From assembly GCA_965248435.1 (NCBI GenBank), contig OZ252100.1:1536001-1600000 (forward strand): 64,000 nucleotides of DNA, in the 5' to 3' direction. Numbering within the stretch: position 1 is the stretch's first letter; every line of letters begins with the position of its first letter. The notes beneath the pieces are model-generated. The model was not told the DNA's origin. It worked only from the letters and a program-made list of their open reading frames with translations, and did no database searches. The DNA is from Candidatus Latescibacterota bacterium (GTDB lineage: Bacteria; Latescibacterota; UBA2968; GCA-2709665). Both the position numbers and the translations under genes were made by a program. Below are positions 57,411 to 64,000 of the stretch, one piece after another.

Positions 57411-58757
57411 TTAGAATCCCTTGATATATCCCTTCAGAGACACGCCATACCGTGTAAAGCCGCCCATATCGGTAATCACATCGGCGCCGAATGTGTAGCG
57501 CGCATTAAACGGAAACCTCACGTTCAGATCCAGGTAGTTCTTCTCGACCTCCCGGTCCCACCTCCAGTCCAGACTTGCGATCACCGATCGCAGCGTCCCG
57601 TCCGGATTGGCGTTCATTCCGGCCGGGTTCAGCGTTTTCATAAAATAGGTCAATCCTGCGTTAATCTCGTCCAAATTCCCGAACCGCATCAACCCGGCCC
57701 GAATCGTAAACCGCTTGAACAGCGGAATCGATAACCCCACGCCAAACCCGAAGCCCCGCTTCGCGCTCTTTTCCAGCGACGACTCTGCGTCCATACGGAG
57801 GCTGTCCGTGATCGGAGCCCTGAACAACGAGTCAGCTTTGGTAACCTGCGTCGAATCGAGAGAACCGATGAACAGGCTGTCCGCGACCAGGTCGCCGCGG
57901 GCGCGAATCAACACCCTCGCCCCGGTGGTCAATGAACTGGAACCGCGGCCGCCTCGCCCGACAATCAGGGTGATCGCCGGCTCTCCAATCTCTCCATCGG
58001 GCGTCTTGCCATCTCCTAAGTAAGGCACCAGCGGACCGGGATAGTAGCGGGCACCGACGGCCAACAGCGAATTTCCACCCCGCCACACGTCAAGGAGCGC
58101 CGAAAGCCGGCGCGATCTGGGCATCACGAGTGAAAGCTGCATCTCCTGCTTGTCGTTAATGCCGGCCAGCTTCTGGTTGATGCCGGTCTGATCTGCCTGA
58201 CCCCTGAGCCCTGCGGAAATCAACTGATAGATCGAATCGGGCGTCGCAGTCCTTACACGGCTGCCGAGCCCGAATCGAAAGTCCGTGACCCACGACCCAA
58301 CGGCCCCGTCCGGGTTTTTCTCTGAGTGAACGGGCACCGTCATCATCGGCACACCCGCCACCGCATCCATCTGTCGCTCTACCCTCTCTTTGAGTTCCAT
58401 AGGCAGTGGACGGACGCGGATCAGACCCTCTCTCGCCTCGCTGTCCATCGCGCTAAGGTCTGTCTTTCGATCCAGGTCGACCACTTCGGCGGTCGAGAGC
58501 CTTGGAAACACCTGAACCACACGCACGGTGCCGAGTGGCACATCCCCACCAAGATCTTCACCGGTCACCGGGTGAATGATGGCCTCGTGGCGGAGGACCT
58601 GGAGGAAATCATCGGGATGCAGGTTGTCCTGCTCGCCCAGATCCACGAATACAAGCCGGCCCTGCACCTGAACCACATACCCCAGGTGTGTTTGAGAGGA
58701 AACCGCATCCGTGAACAAGAACGTGAGGAAGCAGGTCACCCCTAAAAAGCGCATCAT
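57411..58757 (-). CDS. Exported protein: FlgT-C-like N-domain plus predicted outer-membrane beta-barrel
   Basis: Signal peptide, IIHPVTGEDLG motif, amphipathic strands, terminal Phe; start set at MMRFLG just after the upstream stop. Confidence 0.7.
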   Translation of the reverse strand: MMRFLGVTCFLTFLFTDAVSSQTHLGYVVQVQGRLVFVDLGEQDNLHPDDFLQVLRHEAIIHPVTGEDLGGDVPLGTVRVVQVFPRLSTAEVVDLDRKTDLSAMDSEAREGLIRVRPLPMELKERVERQMDAVAGVPMMTVPVHSEKNPDGAVGSWVTDFRFGLGSRVRTATPDSIYQLISAGLRGQADQTGINQKLAGINDKQEMQLSLVMPRSRRLSALLDVWRGGNSLLAVGARYYPGPLVPYLGDGKTPDGEIGEPAITLIVGRGGRGSSSLTTGARVLIRARGDLVADSLFIGSLDSTQVTKADSLFRAPITDSLRMDAESSLEKSAKRGFGFGVGLSIPLFKRFTIRAGLMRFGNLDEINAGLTYFMKTLNPAGMNANPDGTLRSVIASLDWRWDREVEKNYLDLNVRFPFNARYTFGADVITDMGGFTRYGVSLKGYIKGF

Positions 58758-58764
58758 CGATCGG

Positions 58765-59811
58765 TTACTTTTCTGCATCGGCTGCCTCGACCTCTTCGGG
58801 TTCAGGAATCTCTTCAGGCATCATCTCATCATCCACTTCGGCGAATTCTTCCTCCGCTTCATCTTCTTCGTCCGCCTCTGCAGGCGCTTTTCGTTTCATC
58901 ATCTTCAACACGAGGAGGACCGCAGCGCCGAGAGGACCCAGCAGCACGACCCACCAGTAAGCGATGTACCAGGGCGTCTCCTCCTCAGGAGGGGGCTCAT
59001 CTTCGAACAGACTCGGCACGGGATCCTCTCCAACCGAAGCTGTCCCGCCCTGGATACCAGATGCCAGCTGCTCTTCGATCAATCGATTCTCCTCGAAGGA
59101 GAGACGAAAACTCCGGTCTCCAACCATCAGGTAGATCTCTTCGTCCTCGGTCCGCCGAAGGACACCCAGTTCGTGCATGTCGGCCGGCATCATCGTCTCC
59201 ACCTCGGCCGTATCCCGTTCGATGAGCTCGGCCTGGTTGGTCTGGAACTCCTGCATACGGCCTTCCAGGCTCACCATCCGCTCTCGCATGTTGGTAACCG
59301 CGTTGATCACCGTCTTGAGTCGCCGTTCGGAACTCCCGATCCGCCTCAAGGTCCGCCGAAGGTCCGAAATCGCCTTCTGGTTCGACTTGATTTCGTCGGC
59401 CAGCCCGCGTGCCAGAACCTTGACCTCTGCACGGGCTTCCGCGATCTCATCCTTTATCTTCTCTTCAGGCGTCGGAATAAGCTCGAGCCCGACCACGACA
59501 TCGCCTACTTCCACTGGCGCATACCTGACGATGTAGCGCCCAGAGGCGAATGTCGGTCCCGTCTTCGTGATTTCGATCTCCGCGATCTTGACACTCGGCG
59601 CCCCCAGATTTTCTCCGGTGACGGGGTGGATGATCGGTTCGGCCTTCCGATAGACCTCTCCGACCATGCCCTCCTGGATCCCCCTGTCCGCACCCGCTCC
59701 GACGTAGACCGTCTTTCCTTCGACCTTGATCACGTTGAGCAGGTCGGCATTGACGATGCCGGGACTCAGCAGGATTCCCAGAGAGAGGGAGAGATAGAAG
59801 AAATGCTTCAT
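58765..59811 (-). CDS. Exported protein: FlgT-C-like domain, coiled coil, C-terminal TM helix, acidic tail
   Basis: Signal peptide (VNA), IIHPVTGENLG, heptad region, WYIAYWWVVLLGPLGAAVLLVL followed by KMMKRK. Confidence 0.75.
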   Translation of the reverse strand: MKHFFYLSLSLGILLSPGIVNADLLNVIKVEGKTVYVGAGADRGIQEGMVGEVYRKAEPIIHPVTGENLGAPSVKIAEIEITKTGPTFASGRYIVRYAPVEVGDVVVGLELIPTPEEKIKDEIAEARAEVKVLARGLADEIKSNQKAISDLRRTLRRIGSSERRLKTVINAVTNMRERMVSLEGRMQEFQTNQAELIERDTAEVETMMPADMHELGVLRRTEDEEIYLMVGDRSFRLSFEENRLIEEQLASGIQGGTASVGEDPVPSLFEDEPPPEEETPWYIAYWWVVLLGPLGAAVLLVLKMMKRKAPAEADEEDEAEEEFAEVDDEMMPEEIPEPEEVEAADAEK

Positions 59812-60203
59812 CTTTTTCCTCGAATGACGGATTTCTCTAAAGATCTCAGGGTGGGGGAGATTGGTTCTACCTGCAAATGCCAGAGGGAGTGGGAATTTCC
59901 GTAGTGCCTGCCCTCAAGAAGCAAAAGAGAGGCCAGATCTACCCCGCCTCCCCAGCGCAACGGCTAAGCCGGTGTCAATACATAACGTAAGTCATTGTCT
60001 TCAAACAGAAATGAAGACCCAACTTATGGACGAGCGCGAACCTCTGATACAAAATGTAGTGGGGGCCCTCCAAAACGGCCGGCAGATTCAAACAACCCGG
60101 AATCGGACGCATCGCTGCCCCCTGGGGCCGCGCGAAGGACCGGATCGGGGGCCGGATCGGAATAATTTTCCCCTGATGAGCCCGACCTCCCCGATCGAGC
60201 AAC

Positions 60204-60410
60204 CTATCCGGGTGGCGTTTTTACGATCTCCCGAAGAAAATCCTCGGCCGAGAACTCGTTGCAACCCGTTGCCTCTATAAGAAGATCCAGGATCTCCCTC
60301 CGTTCCCGACGGTTGTAGATCAGGTCTTCGAAGACATCCTTGAATTTTCTGCGACCCAGAGTCGCTTCGATTTCCTTTGGCGTCATCCAGGGATTTGCTT
60401 CTTCAGACAT
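60204..60410 (-). CDS. Small hypothetical protein (68 aa)
   Basis: GGGAGGAGG SD; amphipathic helical sequence. Confidence 0.7.
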   Translation of the reverse strand: MSEEANPWMTPKEIEATLGRRKFKDVFEDLIYNRRERREILDLLIEATGCNEFSAEDFLREIVKTPPG

Positions 60411-60772
60411 CTCTCCCTCCTCCCAAAGAACTCGCTTAACCCGTTCAAAACCTTGAGTTAAAATTAACGGAATCCCAATTTGATGTCAACGCGTCAGCTC
60501 ACGAACTCACGAATATAATCACACCCCGGGGCCCAAACAAGCCGGGCACCCCCGGATTCGAAGTATGCGTCGGTCATAATACGATCGTGATGAACTCTGA
60601 AATCCCCCTCAGTCCACCTTTTCCAAAGGGGGAAGAATGCGTCTCGTGATCGCCTCCCCCCTTTGTAAAGGTTCATCGTCAAATGTTGGGGGTTAAAGTA
60701 ATGTGCTCTAATTTTGAAACTCGCCGATTCGTGCACAGTCTTGGAACCCGCGAACTGTATCACTCAAGTCCG

Positions 60773-61456
60773 TCAGGGCCACGGTGTGCGACTCCCTTGC
60801 AACCAGGTCCTTTCACCTCCCACGCGGTTAGGCCCTCTGGGCCAGTCCCATAGTGGGCGTCAGGCGAGGCAGGAGTCCCGCCCTGATTGCCGACACCGTC
60901 TTTTCCACTGAGGGTGAGGTGCCGCGGCCGAAGCCTCCCCGGCGTTTGAGGGGCGCCTTTCTTTTGCCTACTTTTCTTGTGGCGAGACAAGAAAAGTAGG
61001 TCGCCGGAGGCATGATGTTGTGAAGTTCGCGATATTACCCACCCCGACCCAGGAGGGGACTGGCGTCTCTCAAACTCGCAAAAGAGATCGTTCGAAGCCA
61101 TCAGGGCCGCGGTGTGCGACTCCCATGCAACCTCGTTCTTTCACCTCCCACGCGGTTAGGCCCTCTGGGCCGGTCCCACAGTGGACGTCAGGCGGTGCAG
61201 GAGTCCCGCCCTGATTGTCGCCATCGTCCTTTCCACTGAGGGTGAGGTGCCGCGGCCGAAGCCCCCGCGGCGTTTGAGCGGCGCCCTTCTTTTGTCCTCG
61301 GGCGCGGCACAACGCGCCCCTACAGCGAAATCTTGGAGTGTAGGGGCACAGCCGCGCTGTGCCCCAGGGTGGCGGTTGCGGTAGGCCTTTTCTTGGGCGA
61401 GCAAGAAAAGCATGCCCTGAGCCTGCCGAAGGGTAGGCTGCCGGAGGCATAGGTTG
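60773..61456. repeat. Tandem duplication of a structured element (194-nt cores at 60773-60966 and 61101-61294, plus terminal hairpins)
   Basis: Cores align without gaps at a 328-nt offset; both are followed by a CTTTTCTTG...CAAGAAAAG hairpin, interrupted by insertions in copy 2. Confidence 0.92.
61300..61365. repeat. Divergent pair of GTAG REP-like palindromes
   Basis: GGGCGCG..CGCGCCCCTACA and TGTAGGGGCACAGC.GCTGTGCCCC separated by 14 nt. Confidence 0.75.
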
Positions 61457-61552
61457 TAGGCGCAGAAAAACTGTATGCAATCACCGCGAATCATTTCGTC
61501 GCCAGGGGGAAGACAGGCTTCAGGCGGCGAATCGTCACCCTGATAATCGCCT

Positions 61553-61576
61553 TCGCCAGCAGGAGCTGGCTCCTAC
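61553..61576 (-). repeat. GTAG REP-like palindrome
   Basis: GTAGGAGCCAGCTCCTGCTGGCGA on the minus strand. Confidence 0.7.
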
Positions 61577-61864
61577 CACATTTATTTTCTGATTCCGAAA
61601 ACACGCCCTTTTGCCTTTCATTCCGCAATCCCAAATCCGCAATCCGCAATTGTACGGCCGCAGGAGGCACGGGGTTGTTGGATGGGGTAAGTGCTTTAGG
61701 AATTCACCTCGCGGTCCAATGCATGGCATCATCCGAATTCGGAGAAGAGCCACGAAGGAGATGCATCTACCCATACTCCGGCGTCCGGAAGTGATTGAAA
61801 AACATCATAAAGATGTGTACACTGACCTCGGATGAGCCCCACCACCCGCACCGATCGGACCGAA

Positions 61865-62278
61865 ATGAACGCCCACGACCTTCCAACGATTAACGCGATC
61901 CTCAACAGCATAAGCGGCATCCTGCTCGCCCTGGGGTTCATCCAGATCAAGAGGCAAAGGATCCAGGCCCACAAACGGCTGATGTTCTCCGCGCTCACCG
62001 CGTCTGTCCTGTTTCTCACCAGCTATCTGATCTACCACGCCCGGGTCGGTTCCGTCCCCTACCCGCACTTTGACTGGACCCGTCCCCTCTACTTCGCCGT
62101 TCTGATCCCCCACGTGATCCTGGCAGCGGCGATGGTCCCGTTCATCCTTCTCATGGTCAGGCACGCATTACGTGAACGATTCGACGCCCATCGGAGGCTC
62201 GCACGCTGGGTCTGGCCGGTCTGGATGTTCGTTTCGGTCAGCGGCGTCGTGGTTTACACGATGCTCTACAGACTCTAA
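61865..62278 (+). CDS. DUF420 family membrane protein
   Basis: LPTINAILN, HKRLM, FLTSYLIYH, LIPHVILA, HRRLARW..P.W..VS.SGV.VY; alternative start at 61832. Confidence 0.88.
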   Translation: MNAHDLPTINAILNSISGILLALGFIQIKRQRIQAHKRLMFSALTASVLFLTSYLIYHARVGSVPYPHFDWTRPLYFAVLIPHVILAAAMVPFILLMVRHALRERFDAHRRLARWVWPVWMFVSVSGVVVYTMLYRL

Positions 62279-62313
62279 ATGGCGTCGTGCAACCTATCGC
62301 AAGGAGATCCCTC

Positions 62314-63213
62314 ATGACCATTCTCGTTTCTGGGTCCACCGGCCTGGTCGGCTCCGCGATCGTCACCCGCCTGGAAGAGGAGGGCCACCGGGTCGTGCGG
62401 CTCGTTCGAAGGAAGCCCGAATCGGACCGCTCCGAGGTCGGCTGGAACCCGGAGTCGGGCGCGATCGATACCTCCGGTCTGGAGGGCACCGACGCCGTCA
62501 TCCACCTGGCCGGCGACAACATTGCCGAAGGCAGATGGAACGACGAAAAAAAGGCGAGGATACGGGACAGCCGCGTGAATGGCACCCGACTCCTCGCAGA
62601 ATCCCTGGCCGACCTGGACGCGCCACCGCGCACCCTGATTGCGGCCTCCGCGATCGGCTACTACGGCGACCGCGGAGATGAGGTTCTTACCGAAGAGAGC
62701 ACACCGGCGTCGGACTTCCTGAGTGAGACGTGTCAGGCCTGGGAAGCAGCCGTCCAGCCCGCCGTTCAAAAGGGCGTCCGGACGGTCAACCTGCGGATCG
62801 GGGTCGTCCTCAGCCTCGACGGCGGCGCCCTTGCCAAAATGCACTTTCCGTTCCGAATGGGCCTGGGCGGGGTGATGGGCAGCGGAGACCAGTACGTGAG
62901 CTGGGTCTCGATTCACGACCTGCCCGGAATCGTCCTGCACCTCCTCTCGAATGAGGATCTGAGCGGCCCTGTCAACGCCGTGGCGCCAAACCCGGTGACC
63001 AATCGCGAGTTTACGAAGACCCTGGGGCGGGTCCTGGTACGTCCGACCCTCTTCCCCATGCCGGCCTTCGCCGCGCGTCTCGCCTTCGGCGAAATGGCCG
63101 ACGCCCTTCTCCTTTCCAGCACACGGGTGCATCCCGAGCGTCTTGCGGCCTCAGGCTACGCGTTTCGGCACGCCGACATCGAGTCCGCCCTGAGGGAAAT
63201 CCTGAGTAAGTAG
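62314..63213 (+). CDS. TIGR01777/YfcH-like NAD-dependent epimerase family protein
   Basis: GSTGLVG, HLAG, SRV.GT, SAIGYYG, WE, GSGDQ..SW, NAVAPNPVTN; AAGGAG SD. Confidence 0.93.
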   Translation: MTILVSGSTGLVGSAIVTRLEEEGHRVVRLVRRKPESDRSEVGWNPESGAIDTSGLEGTDAVIHLAGDNIAEGRWNDEKKARIRDSRVNGTRLLAESLADLDAPPRTLIAASAIGYYGDRGDEVLTEESTPASDFLSETCQAWEAAVQPAVQKGVRTVNLRIGVVLSLDGGALAKMHFPFRMGLGGVMGSGDQYVSWVSIHDLPGIVLHLLSNEDLSGPVNAVAPNPVTNREFTKTLGRVLVRPTLFPMPAFAARLAFGEMADALLLSSTRVHPERLAASGYAFRHADIESALREILSK

Positions 63214-63346
63214 CGACCTTCTCCGCGTCACCGCTTATATTCGATTGACATAAGTGAACTCTTTTCAGATATATATGAGCATTGTCTCCGATCAAGGAGC
63301 AGATTCGCGGTAGCCAATATCATCTATTCTTTAAAGGGGAGGGAAA

Positions 63347-64000
63347 ATGGCGAAGCAGCGGCAGCGGCGTGGAAGTGATCGTAAAACCTTCAGGGAAAGT
63401 GTAGACCTGATGTTCGACCGGGCCGCGGCCACGCTCGACCTGCCTCCCGGTCTCCCTGCACAGATCAGGACCACAAACAACGTCTACCAGGTCCGTTTTT
63501 TCGTCAAGTTTCGGGATGGCTATCACGTCTTCTCGGGCTGGCGCGCCGTGCACAGCGAGCACCGCTTGCCCGTCAAGGGCGGGATCCGCTTCGCCCCAGA
63601 GGTCTCACAGGACGACGTCGAGGCCCTCGCCGCCCTGATGTCATACAAGTGTGCCATCGTGGATGTGCCCTTCGGCGGGTCGAAGGGGGGGCTCACGATC
63701 ACCCCGAGCAAGTTCGATGAATTCCAGATGGAACGCATCACGCGAAGGTTCGCCCAGGAACTGATCAAGAAGGCCTACATCAACCCCAGCCTCAACGTGC
63801 CCGCGCCAGACATGGGAACGGGACCGCGGGAGATGGCCTGGATCGCCGACACCTATCAAACGCTTCACCCTGATGACATCAATGCCATCGCCTGCGTGAC
63901 CGGCAAGCCGATCACTCAGGGAGGAATCGGGGGTCGAGTCGAGGCCACCGGAAGGGGCGTCCAGTACGCCCTGCAGGAATTCTTCCGACACCCCGAAGAT
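63347..64000 (+). CDS. gdhA: Glu/Leu/Phe/Val dehydrogenase, probably glutamate dehydrogenase (partial; absent from the ORF track)
   Basis: Manual translation: HSEHRLPVKGGIRF, MSYKCAIVDVPFGGSKGG, VPAPDMGT, VTGKP..GGI.GR.EATGRGV. Confidence 0.93.
   Translation, partial: MAKQRQRRGSDRKTFRESVDLMFDRAAATLDLPPGLPAQIRTTNNVYQVRFFVKFRDGYHVFSGWRAVHSEHRLPVKGGIRFAPEVSQDDVEALAALMSYKCAIVDVPFGGSKGGLTITPSKFDEFQMERITRRFAQELIKKAYINPSLNVPAPDMGTGPREMAWIADTYQTLHPDDINAIACVTGKPITQGGIGGRVEATGRGVQYALQEFFRHPED

Noticed and set aside
60172-60203. Hammerhead ribozyme core CTGATGAG
   Set aside because: No GAAA after stem II and no compatible stems
60773-61294. Tandem riboswitch (glycine or cobalamin) or 6S RNA
   Set aside because: The conserved core words are not present together on one strand, and no suitable gene lies directly downstream; retained only as an unknown structured repeat
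60494-61835. Short ORFs across the repeat mosaic
   Set aside because: They translate palindromic repeats; no SD sites or domain signatures
1-64000. CRISPR array, tRNA/rRNA, transposase, integrase or prophage genes
   Set aside because: No regularly spaced repeat-spacer array and no such genes recognised by eye

Overview
GC-rich bacterial window. Dockerin/cohesin proteins with PNPFNP-type C-terminal domains suggest an FCB-group organism such as Latescibacterota; this is an inference. Left to right it contains: a partial metzincin lipoprotein; a ~3080-aa secreted protein (CxxCH haem motif, dockerins, cohesins, tandem repeats); glnA; a minus-strand flagellar cluster (flgFGAHIJNKL, a glycosylation/methylation block, two flagellins, flaG, fliD, fliS, a chaperone, flgM) with clear sigma54 and sigma28 promoters and CsrA-type boxes; an enolase-superfamily/dipeptidase/sulfatase operon; a VTT/phosphodiesterase operon; three more dockerin/cohesin proteins; guaA; two envelope proteins sharing an HPVTGE domain; a mosaic of small palindromic repeats; DUF420, TIGR01777 and a partial glutamate dehydrogenase. 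Main oddities: (1) a 23-nt micro-element seen twice as an exact insertion with an empty-site counterpart; (2) FlgL fused in frame to methyltransferase domains and lacking its C-terminus; (3) FlgM with a doubled sigma-binding domain; (4) a domain shared by FliD and FlgL; (5) a predicted barrel with three internal repeats; (6) five reading-frame lesions that may be real decay, phase variation or assembly error. All family assignments come from motif recognition by eye; no database search was run.
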